From positions 333,043 to 397,042 of the forward strand of contig CAWDYC010000007.1 of assembly GCA_963806535.1 (NCBI GenBank): a DNA stretch of 64,000 nucleotides, written 5' to 3'. The position numbers were made by a program, and so were the translations under genes. The notes below the pieces were generated by a model that saw nothing but the letters and a program-made list of their open reading frames with translations, searched no databases and was not told the DNA's origin. This document shows positions 1-10,746 of the stretch, one piece after another (the first letter of the stretch is position 1; each line of letters starts with the position of its first letter). This stretch comes from Candidatus Bathyarchaeota archaeon (lineage in GTDB: Archaea > Thermoproteota > Bathyarchaeia > Bathyarchaeales > Bathycorpusculaceae).

Positions 1-17
1 AAGAAAATGGAAATCAG

Positions 18-341
18 ATGGCCAAGGAATCATTTATGTCAGAAAATCAAGAAAATGATGAAGATCTCATAAAAACCGAAAGGGAAATAATGGCAAACCT
101 AAAGCAAATGTTCAATGATCAAGCACTTTCAACTATGGAAAAAGTTCGTGTTGCTAATGCTCTTGCTTATCACGCTGTTATTCTAAATAAACTCCAATCC
201 AAGAAAAATGAAGAATCACAATTTGATGAAGATACTTTAGGCGATTTTATTGCAGGAGTACATTATGCCAATGGACCGATGCGGAGACGGATTAGGAGGG
301 ATTTTAGAAATTGGACGAGAAGACTTTCATCGACAAGGTAA
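18..341 (+). CDS. Hypothetical helical protein overlapping the terminase start (possible small terminase subunit by position)
   Basis: 107-aa ORF overlapping the next gene by 31 nt; function inferred from position only. Confidence 0.5.
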   Translation: MAKESFMSENQENDEDLIKTEREIMANLKQMFNDQALSTMEKVRVANALAYHAVILNKLQSKKNEESQFDEDTLGDFIAGVHYANGPMRRRIRRDFRNWTRRLSSTR

Positions 342-1783
342 CAAACGATATAGAGTTTGCAGCTTCGGTATGCGAGGGTTTGTTACAGAAGCCTAAAGCC
401 CTTAGACAATTGATAGCTCATAAAGAAGTAACTGAGAAACTTGTTCAGGATCCTGTTTTTTTCGCGGTTTTGATGTGTGGTGATAAATGGCTTGCTCATG
501 CACCGGAGCATCAAAAGCTTCTTCGAGAAAATAGTTCGAAGCAGGTTGCGGTTTGTGGGAGAGGATGGGGTAAGAGTTTGGTATTTAGCAGAAAAAATCT
601 CTGGTTGCTATTCACCAAACCCAAAATTGAGAGTCTAATCATTAGCAGCACCCAACGTCAGTCGATGATCATGTTTGATTATTGTTTCTCGACCACTATG
701 GCTAATCCTTTATTGAGAGAGATGATTCAAAAGCGAGGAACCTCGCGCACTGTAATAATGGTAAAATCACCGTTAGGTGGAAGACTCATTGCCTTACCAT
801 GTTCAAAAGACAGGCTTAGAGGATATCATCCTAATTACATTTTCATTGATGAGGCATCAATTGTTCCGAGCGAAATGATAACAAGCGAAATAATGATGAT
901 GCTAACAAAACCCAATGCTTGCCTTGTTATGAGTGGTACACCAATGAGCTCGGATCATGTTTTTCGCAAAGCCTTTTTGGATACACAACGTTACAGCGTC
1001 CATCATTACGCAAGCTATCAAAGTCCTCTTGTCAGCCAGAAAGAACTTGATGAATGGAAAGAGGTAATGACGCAGGAAGAATGGCAAAGAGAAGTTGAAG
1101 GCTTATGGGTAGAATCGACACACACTTTCTTCCCAATTAACCTGATTGTCTCTTGCGTAGATGCCGATTTAGGGAACCCTGACTCGCCTAACGCCTACAT
1201 CGAAGAGATAGAAAATACGAAACCGGGACAACTTGAGGGACCATATTATGCAGGGTTAGATTTAGGCAAACAAATTGATTACAGCGTATTAGTTGTTGTG
1301 AAAAGATTTGATACGGGCGAGATACGAGTGGTGCACAAACGCCAGCTTCCACTAGGCACTAATTATCCAGAAGTCATCGGATACGTCGCTAGGGCAAACC
1401 AAGTGTTCCACTTCGAAAGATTAAGTGTGGATAAGGGTGGGATAGGCGATGCGATCGTTGATGAGCTTGACAGAATTAGAATGTTTGGCGTTGAAGGGGT
1501 ATTCTTTACTGATACAGAAAAAGAAAACATGTTAAACAACCTTAAGCTTCTGATGGAAAAGAAATTGCTTAGAATAATTGGGGATGACAAGGCGTTGATT
1601 GCGCAGATGAATGAGCAACAGTATGAGTATTTGCAGCCTAAAACGGCTCAAGAGCGAATTCACTTAAAGTTTTGGCATCCGCAGGGGAAACATGATGATC
1701 AGTTGATGGCTTTGGCGTTAGCTTGCCGATCAGCTTCTCAAGCAGCACCACCGGGCAGAGGCGTCTTTTTTATTCAACACTAA
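311..1783 (+). CDS. Terminase large subunit-like protein (ATPase plus RNase H-fold nuclease)
   Basis: Walker A GRGWGKS, LRG..P..IFIDEA Walker B, SGTP motif III, nuclease motifs GLDLG, VDKGGIG, HDD. Confidence 0.85.
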   Translation: MDEKTFIDKVTNDIEFAASVCEGLLQKPKALRQLIAHKEVTEKLVQDPVFFAVLMCGDKWLAHAPEHQKLLRENSSKQVAVCGRGWGKSLVFSRKNLWLLFTKPKIESLIISSTQRQSMIMFDYCFSTTMANPLLREMIQKRGTSRTVIMVKSPLGGRLIALPCSKDRLRGYHPNYIFIDEASIVPSEMITSEIMMMLTKPNACLVMSGTPMSSDHVFRKAFLDTQRYSVHHYASYQSPLVSQKELDEWKEVMTQEEWQREVEGLWVESTHTFFPINLIVSCVDADLGNPDSPNAYIEEIENTKPGQLEGPYYAGLDLGKQIDYSVLVVVKRFDTGEIRVVHKRQLPLGTNYPEVIGYVARANQVFHFERLSVDKGGIGDAIVDELDRIRMFGVEGVFFTDTEKENMLNNLKLLMEKKLLRIIGDDKALIAQMNEQQYEYLQPKTAQERIHLKFWHPQGKHDDQLMALALACRSASQAAPPGRGVFFIQH

Positions 1784-1857
1784 AATTTTCTCGAACCTGC
1801 TCACTTTCAAGTTAGATTTCTTGTCCCTAAGAAAAGCGGTTTAAGGGTTAGGTTGAT

Positions 1858-2622
1858 TTGTTGCGCGGCTATTCTCTCTTATTGATGACGAAACGTAAGT
1901 TTGATTTAACCTACTCAGCAGAAAAAATCTGGAACAAAGATTTGTTTATATTTGTAAATCATAAAGTGGCAACTCTTTGCTGGGCCATTTTAAAAGTAAA
2001 GACGGAACTCTGCGATGTTATAACTTTTGATAGTCATCGAGATTACCGCGACGGAGTAATTCTTCAGAGAGAAGCAACAATGGAATCACTAACGTTACCT
2101 TTGGAAAAGCGATGTTTGTCTTCGATGTATTACCAAGATGTTGCTTTCCCTCATTTCACAACTTCCAAAGAATTCATGAATTGGAACCCGCTTGATGAAC
2201 AGCAAAACAATGAGAGAATTGCGAAGGAACAAAAATACTTCAGCCCAAATAATGATAATTTCATAGATGTAGCTTTTATGAAAGGCTTGGTCAACAACGT
2301 TTGTTGCTATTACCTCCACACGAGAAACCAAACAGACTCCGGAAAATGCGATGATGTTTTTGGGAAAAACCATTTCTTTGAAATGAGACATATCGACAAT
2401 TTCAGAAAACCCAAACGCAATAGAAAATTTATTCTTGATATTGACCTGGACTTCTTCGCAAACTTTGACTATGAATCGGACCATCCAGAATTCGTTATTA
2501 TTCCAAAATCTGATCTGAACAAATACTTCAGTTTAATGAAATCTTTAGGTCAACAAGAAAATTGTGCAGGCATAACCTTGGCGCTGGAACCTGATTGCTA
2601 CGGTTCAGAAGAAAACGCTTGA
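1858..2622 (+). CDS. UPF0489-like protein (arginase/deacetylase-like fold)
   Basis: Motifs NH, FDSHRD, NDNFI, ILDIDLDFF, ITLALEP; the C-terminus may be cut by a frameshift. Confidence 0.55.
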   Translation: MLRGYSLLLMTKRKFDLTYSAEKIWNKDLFIFVNHKVATLCWAILKVKTELCDVITFDSHRDYRDGVILQREATMESLTLPLEKRCLSSMYYQDVAFPHFTTSKEFMNWNPLDEQQNNERIAKEQKYFSPNNDNFIDVAFMKGLVNNVCCYYLHTRNQTDSGKCDDVFGKNHFFEMRHIDNFRKPKRNRKFILDIDLDFFANFDYESDHPEFVIIPKSDLNKYFSLMKSLGQQENCAGITLALEPDCYGSEENA

Positions 2623-2752
2623 CAGTATGCAAGTATTTTTCAGAAGTCTCCGACAAAGACATCATGTCTGTTTCTAGACATCACCTAACAGTAAATCATC
2701 AGATGCACTATGAAAATGGCAGCTAATTTGGTTCGTTTCTCTGCGATTTGTT

Positions 2753-3100
2753 CTAAGGTTTATTTTTCAAAGTTTCTTCTATATCCAGCCGTAGATCGGC
2801 ATTACCTATGTGAGGCAAGAGTTGCAGTAGGCGGCCTCGTGTGCTTGTCTCTTTTTGGTCGCCAAGGTTAACCCAGTACCGTCCTTCTTTTAGCCATGTT
2901 AACATGACCCGGGCTTCAGCCTCGGCGTTTTCCGTTTTAACTGCTGATGGAAAAACAAGTCCATAATCTACGGCGGCAGTCATAAATTTTTCAAAGGCTG
3001 CGGTAAGGGTGTAGCCGTTTTTTGATGCTAATTGTTGGAAATTACTGTATATTTGTTGGTTGAACCTGAAAGATTTAAGAGTTTTTGGCATAACCTTCAC
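2753..3100 (-). CDS. Small protein with N-terminal ribbon-helix-helix-like DNA-binding region
   Basis: KSFRFNQQIYSNFQQLASKNGYTLTAAFEKFM fits the beta-alpha-alpha RHH pattern. Confidence 0.5.
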   Translation of the reverse strand: MKVMPKTLKSFRFNQQIYSNFQQLASKNGYTLTAAFEKFMTAAVDYGLVFPSAVKTENAEAEARVMLTWLKEGRYWVNLGDQKETSTRGRLLQLLPHIGNADLRLDIEETLKNKP

Positions 3101-3114
3101 TTTGTATATACAAA
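3101..3114. promoter_or_regulatory. Perfect 14-bp palindrome TTTGTATATACAAA directly upstream of the RHH gene (candidate operator)
   Basis: Seen directly; related GTATA boxes near 3129 and 3179. Confidence 0.45.
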
Positions 3115-3243
3115 TGTACTGACAAAACGTATATATTTTTACCTATCGGTAGGTAGTGAAAAAAAATTTAAAAAATCCGTATACAAAAGCATCAACAAAA
3201 CACAGAAATTCTAGTAAAACTGGATCTGCAATTATCTTCATTC

Positions 3244-4506
3244 TTAGGGTTGAAGATCGGAAAGTCTAATCGATAGAAAGGGAATAATCATTTCTTCGCT
3301 TGTCATGCCGCCATGAGTTCCTAGCATTGGATGATATCTATCATCTTCAAAAAAAGGATAATTCAATGCGTTGTCCTTGAGGCCTAAAGCTGTGAAATCT
3401 CCAATCTTTTCTATAAGCCCGTCGGAATTTGTCGTCTTCCCGAAAACACCCTTATTGATTAGTTCGCTGGAAGAGAAAAGCTTGAAGCCTGCAATATTTT
3501 TTCGGAAAGCTTCGGCTAACGCATCTTGTTGGTTGGGCTTTGAGAAAAGAAATGCTGATCTACTATCACCAACTGGCGGGAGCATTAGTCGAGAAAACAC
3601 TTCATGAACATCTTTAAGATAGATTGTTTTCTGTGTTTCTGCTACTCCATGATCAGCTGTCAAGAGCATCAGGGTTTCTTTTTTTGTTTTCTCAGAGAGG
3701 TTACTGATGAAGTTCTTCAGATTATGCTCGATTGATGTTAATTCAAATGTTACTTCATCTGAGTATGGTCCATATCTGTGAGATAGAGTGTCAACGCCGC
3801 TGTAGTAGATGATTAGTAGAGTTGGACCTTGCTTTTCGAGTTCTCTGGCTGATTGCGTGAACATGTCAGAGCTCAGCGAGTAAGGTATTAACTTTAGATC
3901 TTTATGTATAATCTGGGACAAGCCGCTTCCAGCAATGGATGCTCGAGTCGTAACTAACGTTTTTACTCCCTGTTGCTCTAAAATAGGCAGCCAAGGCTTA
4001 ACGGTACTAGAAAAATCTTTAGCCAACTCAACTTGTCCGCTGTACCCGTAAACTGGCTTCATGTCCAAAGTATCAAAAACCAAACCATATTTTTTAGAAA
4101 ACATGTGGTAGCCTAGGATTTGATGTTGAGCAGGTGATAGTGTGGTGAATATGCTTGTTAAAACAGTTGAGGTTGTTGCGGGAAAAACTGTGGTTAAAGG
4201 TTTAAGCGACCCTTTTTCAGCCAACTCTATGAAAGTTCCATTGTGGCTTTCTAGATGATGCAATAAGCGATTGTATCCTATTCCATCGAAAATAAACAAA
4301 ACAACTTTGTCAACGTTTTGGGAATTGCCAAAATACTCCTGTGGAAAACTGGGTGAGCCAAAAGAGTCTACACCAAGAATTGAGCCAATTTGAGGCAAAA
4401 CATTCTTGACACTAAGCTTTTGGTAGTCTGGCAGAACAAAATCTTCAGCAAAAGCCATTTGCTTTGAAAGAGTCTGCATGTGCTCCCTAAAAACGTCAGT
4501 TCTCAT
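3244..4506 (-). CDS. Alkaline phosphatase superfamily / type I phosphodiesterase-nucleotide pyrophosphatase
   Basis: FDGIG, FPATT, DTLSH, TADHG, GTHGG metal-binding motifs. Confidence 0.85.
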   Translation of the reverse strand: MRTDVFREHMQTLSKQMAFAEDFVLPDYQKLSVKNVLPQIGSILGVDSFGSPSFPQEYFGNSQNVDKVVLFIFDGIGYNRLLHHLESHNGTFIELAEKGSLKPLTTVFPATTSTVLTSIFTTLSPAQHQILGYHMFSKKYGLVFDTLDMKPVYGYSGQVELAKDFSSTVKPWLPILEQQGVKTLVTTRASIAGSGLSQIIHKDLKLIPYSLSSDMFTQSARELEKQGPTLLIIYYSGVDTLSHRYGPYSDEVTFELTSIEHNLKNFISNLSEKTKKETLMLLTADHGVAETQKTIYLKDVHEVFSRLMLPPVGDSRSAFLFSKPNQQDALAEAFRKNIAGFKLFSSSELINKGVFGKTTNSDGLIEKIGDFTALGLKDNALNYPFFEDDRYHPMLGTHGGMTSEEMIIPFLSIRLSDLQP

Positions 4507-4602
4507 TATGCTCTGTGAAATATTAATTCAGTTAAGAGATATTAACTTTGAACTCTACAAATTGATCCTCGGAAAGATTTTACAATTTTGAAAAGGAACA
4601 GA

Positions 4603-5407
4603 TTATCCTATCTGAAAGGCTCGCATGGAAACTGAGCCGTTTTGAAAGCCTTCATGGATAAATTTCAAGGATCTCTCCTTTTTTTTGAAGCCCAATTGCG
4701 TAAATCATTGGTAGATAATGATCCGAGGTGGGCACGGCATAAAGTGCCTCTTTTCCTAACTCAAGGTAGTTGATAAGGTCTTTGTGATTTCCTGAAACCA
4801 GCATTGTTTCACTTTCTCGTCAAATTTCACAGCCCAATCGAACGGTTTAGCGTCAACGTCAAAATCAATAAGCCCCAGGTTGTGAACGATGTTTCCGCTT
4901 CCGATAATCAGAACGCCTTTCTCTCTTAGAGGTGCAAGCTCTGAAGCTAACTTGTAATGGAACTCTAATGATTTTAGGTTTCCAATTGTTGTAGGGCGAG
5001 TAGTCTAGACTCATCTCAAAAACTGGAACGTCAGCGGCTGGATACATATGTTTCAAGACAGCCCAAGCAGCATGATCTAACCCCCAGTTTCCGCATTTTA
5101 TCTGTGTCGACTTTGCCGTTTTGATTGCTAACTGAGCATTTTCTGGTGAGCCAGGACTTGGATAACTCATTTTGTATAATTCGTCTGGAAAACCGTAGAA
5201 GTCGTAGATTGTTTTTGGTTTTTCAACGCATGTTACGTATGTGCCGTTTGTCAACCAATGAGCCGATACTACAAGTATTGCTTTGGGCTTAGGCAGCTCT
5301 TTAGCGGCTTTAACGAGGCTTTCGGTATAGCTGTTATGAAGAACTATGTTCATTGGCGAACCATGACCAACGAAGAGAACAGGCATAATCTTGGACGAAG
5401 TTGTCAT
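4603..5407 (-). CDS. ygiD: 4,5-DOPA dioxygenase (LigB/YgiD family), frameshifted
   Basis: GHGSPM, SAHW, YDFYGFP, GLDH motifs; the C-terminus GFQNGSVSMRAFQIG* is in another frame ending at 4603. Confidence 0.8.
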
Positions 5408-5542
5408 TCACATCGACCTCACTTTAATCTCAAAAATGTATTGTCGTCGTCAATGTTAAAGAGTTTGTACATTGTCACAAGGGGCAGCCAAAAAAACATT
5501 AAAAGCTTAATATAGATTAAGTTCACGCTATTTTACTGAGAG

Positions 5543-6395
5543 TTGGAATTATTGTTCAAAAGCGTGGGAATAATCGCCCGCTACGATAAAAAACCTGCTT
5601 TAAAGCTTACAGAAGAGCTAGCGGAGTATCTTACAAAGAAAGGATTGAAAGTTTACATCGAAGATACTCTAGCAGGAAAAATCTGCCACCCAAGAAGAAA
5701 TGATTCCTCTCTCAAAAATGAAAACTGACTTCTTAATAACAATCGGCGGCGACGGAACAATTCTACGAACATGCATAGGCCTAGCTAAGCCTGAACCGCC
5801 AATTTTAGCAATAAACATGGGACTCCGAGGATTCCTAACCGAAGCTGAACCCAAAAACGCTTTTGAAGCTGTAGATAAAATTCTCAAAGGCAACTACAAA
5901 ATAGAAAAATGCGCAAAACTGTCGGTAATAGCAGGCGAAGAAACATTACCTGATGCCTTAAATGATGTAGTGATTTCTGCAGGTGAACCATCAAAAATAC
6001 TTTACACTCAAATATGCAAAGATGGCAAACCGATTCTCAATTGCCAAGCAGACGGCTTAATTGTAGCAACAGAAACAGGTTCTACCGGCTATTCTTTTTC
6101 AGCAGGTGGACCAGTTTTAGACCCAGCGGTTAGGCGCTTTCGTGGTTACCCCTATCTGCTCGTTAACAGTTTTCCATTCACTTGTTTTCCCAGCCAACTC
6201 CACTATCACTTTCAATGTGAGTCAAAGCAGAGGAAATTCTTGTTCTCATTGATGGAAAGTACCGTAAACAGATAAACTGTAAAGAACCAACCTTAGAAGG
6301 TCACGGTATCCAAAAATGTAACATCTTTCATACGGTTTGAAACTGACTTTTACGACCGATTGAAAAGTCGGTTACTTTTTAAGGGAACGGAATGA
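5543..6395 (+). CDS. nadK: NAD(+) kinase, split by frameshifts
   Basis: GGDGT, LND, ADG, TGSTGYSFSAGG motifs across ORFs 5543-5728 and 5700-6275; C-terminus KSRLLFKGTE* overlaps the nob1 start. Confidence 0.85.
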
Positions 6396-6999
6396 AACCG
6401 CAAGCGAGCAACCAATGTAAACAAGTCATTGTTCTAGATACTTCTGCTTTTGTGGCGGGTTTTGATCCTTTCTCATTAAGCGAGGAGCAAGTGACTGTTC
6501 CTAAGGTTGAAGAAGAAATAAGAAGAAATTCTATGAATAAACTGCGCTTTGAAACAGCCCTTGAAAACGGACGAGTGAAAATTAAAGCACCATCACAAGA
6601 ATTTGTAAATCAAATTAAAGCATCATCCAGCAAAGTTGGCGACTCGTTCAAATTATCGGAAACTGACATTGAGCTTTTAGCTTTAGCCTTAGAATTGAAA
6701 GTCAACAGGTTACAGTCCTCAGATTGTCAGCGATGATTACTCAATTCAGAATGTTGCCACGCAGACTAGGGATAGAATTTTTGGCGCTTGCCACTTTCGG
6801 TATCAAACGGCTTTTAGAGTGGATAAGATATTGCCCAGCATGTTACCGAGAATACCCAGCTAACAGCTCAGCCAAGGAATGCAAAGTTTGCGGTACCACT
6901 CTGAAGAGAAAACCGCGCAGAACCGTGAAAAAAAGTGAAGATAAAAGTAGCCTATGCTTCTTTTGCGACCTCATTAATTGTATCTTCAACGATATCTAA
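6392..6999 (+). CDS. nob1: Nob1 PIN-domain rRNA-processing endonuclease with Zn ribbon, frameshifted near 6705
   Basis: VLDTSAF, LSETDIELLALA, then CPAC...CKVCG Zn ribbon in the next frame. Confidence 0.85.
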
Positions 7000-8304
7000 T
7001 GCAGCTGCAAGCATATCAGTTTGTATTGTAAGCGGCGGAACTATCCTCAGCGTTGAAACGCCACATGTAACAACGGCAACTCCACGTTTCCATGAACGCA
7101 CCATAACTTCAGCTGCTTTTTGATGCGAAGGCTTTTTCGTTTCTTTGTCCTCGACAAGTTCAACGCCAATCATTAGACCTTTACCGCGTACATCTCCAAC
7201 TATGCTGTTAGATTCTTTGAGTTCTTCTAATCTTTTCATCGCATAAGCTCCTTGCTTGTTGGCGTTGTCGAGCAATTGCTGTTCCTTAATAACATCTAGA
7301 ACTGCAACTGCAGCAGCGCAGGATAACGGGTTTCCGCCGAAAGTGCTTGCATGTGACCCACTTGTCCAATCCATAATTTTTGCGTTGGCAATTGTTGCAC
7401 CGATAGGTAAGCCTGACGCTAATGCTTTTGAACTGCAGATTATGTCTGGTTCGATGTCCCAGTGCTCGATAGCGAACCATTTGCCAGTTCTGCCTATGCC
7501 AGATTGAACTTCATCATCGATAAGCAGTATGCCATATTTGTCAGCGATTTTTTTGAGTTTTTGGAAAAACTCGGCTGGAGGAACCACATAGCCGCCTTCT
7601 CCTTGAATTGGTTCAAAAAGAATAGCTGCAACATCTTCAGGAGGCATATACTTTTGCAGCACTTGCTCTTCAATAAAATCTGCACACCAATAATTACAGG
7701 AGGGCTGTTCTAGTTTGAAGGGGCAACGGTAGCAATGAGGATAAGGAACATGAGCAACTCCAGGCATAAAGGGAGAAAATTGTCTCCTCTGCACTGGTTT
7801 GCTTGCGGTGAAAGATAATGAACCCATAGTGCGGCCATGAAAAGCGTCTATGAATCCTATAAATTGAGTTTTGCGCGTGTGCCATCTAGCAAGCTTTATT
7901 GCTGCTTCCACAGCTTCGGTGCCGCTGTTGCCGAAATAGGTTTTTTTCTCACATTCGCCAGGAGTTATTTTTGCTAACTTTTCTGCCAGATTGATGACTT
8001 CTTTGTAGTAGAAGTCAGTGTTAGAATAATGTAGAAAACGGTCACACTGACTTTTTATGGCTTCAACTACGCGGGGATGGTTATGTCCAACATTCATGCA
8101 GGCTATGCCAGAGTTAAGATCAATGTACTCGTTTCCATCAACGTCTTTAACCACACAGTCGTTTGCTGATTCAACAACAAGCGGGTAAAACCGAAGATAC
8201 GATGGAGAAACAAAACGTTCATCCTTAACAACAAGCTCCCTTGCCTTAGGACCTGGCGGGGAAACAACAATTTTAGGATAAGAATTCATTTGAAATAACT
8301 CCAC
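6952..8304 (-). CDS. Class III PLP aminotransferase (GABA/acetylornithine type)
   Basis: SGTEA, FHGRT, EPIQGEGG, DEVQSG, SK (PLP lysine), STFGGNP. Confidence 0.9.
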   Translation of the reverse strand: MELFQMNSYPKIVVSPPGPKARELVVKDERFVSPSYLRFYPLVVESANDCVVKDVDGNEYIDLNSGIACMNVGHNHPRVVEAIKSQCDRFLHYSNTDFYYKEVINLAEKLAKITPGECEKKTYFGNSGTEAVEAAIKLARWHTRKTQFIGFIDAFHGRTMGSLSFTASKPVQRRQFSPFMPGVAHVPYPHCYRCPFKLEQPSCNYWCADFIEEQVLQKYMPPEDVAAILFEPIQGEGGYVVPPAEFFQKLKKIADKYGILLIDDEVQSGIGRTGKWFAIEHWDIEPDIICSSKALASGLPIGATIANAKIMDWTSGSHASTFGGNPLSCAAAVAVLDVIKEQQLLDNANKQGAYAMKRLEELKESNSIVGDVRGKGLMIGVELVEDKETKKPSHQKAAEVMVRSWKRGVAVVTCGVSTLRIVPPLTIQTDMLAAALDIVEDTINEVAKEA

Positions 8305-8360
8305 AAAAAGGCTAGTAAAGAACCAATATTAACCTTTACCACGCTGTAAGCAACGTTAAT

Positions 8361-10187
8361 TTAAAAGAGCAGCAGGAGCAATATTAAAAATAGACCTTCT
8401 AACCCAAAAATTGGAAGCATTTGTTTTGCTTTTTTAATGGCTTTATCGACAAGCGTCGTTATCGATTTTAGTTGTTCTTCGCCGATTACTCTGACTTGCG
8501 GAACAGTGAAATGTAAGTAACCAGCACGGGCAACCTCTAAGGTTGCGCCTGCGTTTTTTGCAGCATCACAGATGTAGCGAATTAGCAATTCTTGATCCAT
8601 CGCTTCGCCAACTGGATGGTAACCTCGCCGACCAGCCCGTCCCCCAGTGATCAATGCACTCACAGCATGGGTATCAGTAGTGAAAACCTCACTTTCATCA
8701 AACCCGATTGAAGCCAAAGAGGTAAGAATCTTTTCACGCAATCCAGAAACCATGTTGTTTCCATCAATGACCACATAAACGGTTTTCTGGTTCTCCACTT
8801 GAACAACAATTGCCGTGATTCCGCCCGCACCCATTCCATTCCTTAATGAAAATTCTTTTGGAAAAACACTTTCAGCTCCAACCAAGAACCGTTTCGTCTG
8901 CAATTTTACCGCTTTTTGAATGCATTTTGAAGCTGCAGTTTGTAATTCATTCAAATGCGCTTCAACATCAACCAAATCGGTGATGCTATTGTGACTATTA
9001 ACCACTACAGAACCGTTTAAACCGTATTTTTCTGCTTCTTCAACAACAAATCGACCAAGATCCTGAGGTAAATCTTCAGTTGTTTCCGGAGCGAGCGAAA
9101 AAGAAAGAAAAAGAGTATCTCCAAAAATTTGGCCTGTAGCCGTGGCAGCACCCTCAGTAATTCTGACAGAAGGCGAAGCTAAATCTGCTGTAGCCTTGAA
9201 TTTTGCAGAAGTGCTTACCTGAGAAATTATTTTATAATTCTGTTCTTGCGAAGCTAAATCAAGCTCGTGTCCAAGAATACCTAAAGGAGTACAAGTGACA
9301 CAGCTATACTCTTTTTCAAAGCCTTGTTTTAGAAGAGAAGGCAAGAGACTGCTCCCTATATTCTTGAATGGCCCGGGGTGCACGAGTGGAACAATGATGG
9401 CCGCTTTAGGTTTGGAAGAGTCAAATTTTAAAAGAGTAACTTCAATGTCTTTGTCTTCGCCCATTTCTTCAAGGTACTTTTCCATAGGCGCATTTTGATC
9501 AGTTGCCCAGTTAACTATAAAAGCTCTAAACAGGGGAATGGAGCGCATTGAAAATGTTTTTTGACCTAAGCGTTCGATAGAATAAAGAAATAGGCTTACT
9601 GCAAGAAAACAGATGAGAGGAGAAATAATTATAAAAAGCAAAATTTGCATAAACGGAAATTTAACTAAAGTGCTATCCCAAAAAATGACAAAAGCAACTA
9701 AACAAAGGATTGGTTGAAGCAAGACAGATATCCCCTTTCTCCACCAATCCGATGTTGAAGTCGCAATTAAAACGATTATTCTAAGAGTTAGGACGGCTGC
9801 GAAGCCAAGTAGGCAAAATTTAACCCAGATTAAAGAACCAAATGGAAAGCTTAACAGAATACCTAAGACATTGAAAACAAGCCATACAATCCATCCAACG
9901 AGGGATATAGCCAAAGTACGTCTTAAAGAGAAAATTGGGTCATTTCTAAGAGTTATCTTAGTCATTAGTAAATCAGAGACGAGCGTAATAGCTAAAAAAG
10001 CGAGACCAATTGCCAAACCATAAAATAGCTTTTGCGAGGCAGGGACAGCCAAAGTTGAAAGCCCAATTATCAGGCATAACACTGAGACCGCAATAAGCAC
10101 TTTTCTTAAGGATGGAAGAGAAAACATAGAGGAATAGTGCTTAGAAGCGCTATCAATTGATTTGTTTAGTGAACTCTTGCTCTCCAT
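8361..10187 (-). CDS. DUF2070-family archaeal membrane protein
   Basis: N-terminal TM helices plus VHPGPF, HELD, SHNS, DGNN, TTDTH motifs. Confidence 0.75.
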   Translation of the reverse strand: MESKSSLNKSIDSASKHYSSMFSLPSLRKVLIAVSVLCLIIGLSTLAVPASQKLFYGLAIGLAFLAITLVSDLLMTKITLRNDPIFSLRRTLAISLVGWIVWLVFNVLGILLSFPFGSLIWVKFCLLGFAAVLTLRIIVLIATSTSDWWRKGISVLLQPILCLVAFVIFWDSTLVKFPFMQILLFIIISPLICFLAVSLFLYSIERLGQKTFSMRSIPLFRAFIVNWATDQNAPMEKYLEEMGEDKDIEVTLLKFDSSKPKAAIIVPLVHPGPFKNIGSSLLPSLLKQGFEKEYSCVTCTPLGILGHELDLASQEQNYKIISQVSTSAKFKATADLASPSVRITEGAATATGQIFGDTLFLSFSLAPETTEDLPQDLGRFVVEEAEKYGLNGSVVVNSHNSITDLVDVEAHLNELQTAASKCIQKAVKLQTKRFLVGAESVFPKEFSLRNGMGAGGITAIVVQVENQKTVYVVIDGNNMVSGLREKILTSLASIGFDESEVFTTDTHAVSALITGGRAGRRGYHPVGEAMDQELLIRYICDAAKNAGATLEVARAGYLHFTVPQVRVIGEEQLKSITTLVDKAIKKAKQMLPIFGLEGLFLILLLLLF

Positions 10188-10447
10188 ACTTCCAACTCGG
10201 CTAAGCTGCCATATGGATTTAGAAAGAGTTATTAAAATTCTTTAGGCAAGATAGAACTTCATTCTCAAAACAAGAAACACAAATTTTTTTATAACAAATA
10301 AGGGAGGCAGGTGCAATTAGGCATGAAGAAGTCAAAAAACAAAGGAACAAAAGACCGCTTTACACCAATGAGAAGAGAAGTCAACATGGTTTCGGCAGAG
10401 GAACTGTTTTATCCTTAGGATAACAATTGTATTAGTTTGCGAGATAT

Positions 10448-10738
10448 ATGGCAGATCAAGACTTGCCTCCTTCAATATTTCACATGTTGGAGAGGAACGT
10501 AGGCAAAAAAATCAGAGTAATTATTGATCCAGCCTACGGTTTTGAAGGCAATTTGGTCGCCGTAACGCATGATCCTTCAGGCATCTGGTTGTCAGATGCA
10601 GAAGCAATTGTTTTAAGATCAACTATTGCTCAGCCAATTCCTCAAGTTGCTAGCCGAGAAGAAAGAAGCGAATTGTTTCTTCATTTGAATTCGGTTCAAA
10701 GAATAGAAGTTTTACACGCGACCCAGCCCAGACGATAA
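10448..10738 (+). CDS. Sm/LSm-fold protein
   Basis: Sm1-like VGKKIRVII..GFEGNLVAV..GIWLSDAE and Sm2-like LFLHLNSVQRI. Confidence 0.65.
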   Translation: MADQDLPPSIFHMLERNVGKKIRVIIDPAYGFEGNLVAVTHDPSGIWLSDAEAIVLRSTIAQPIPQVASREERSELFLHLNSVQRIEVLHATQPRR

Positions 10739-10746
10739 AGCTGTGT

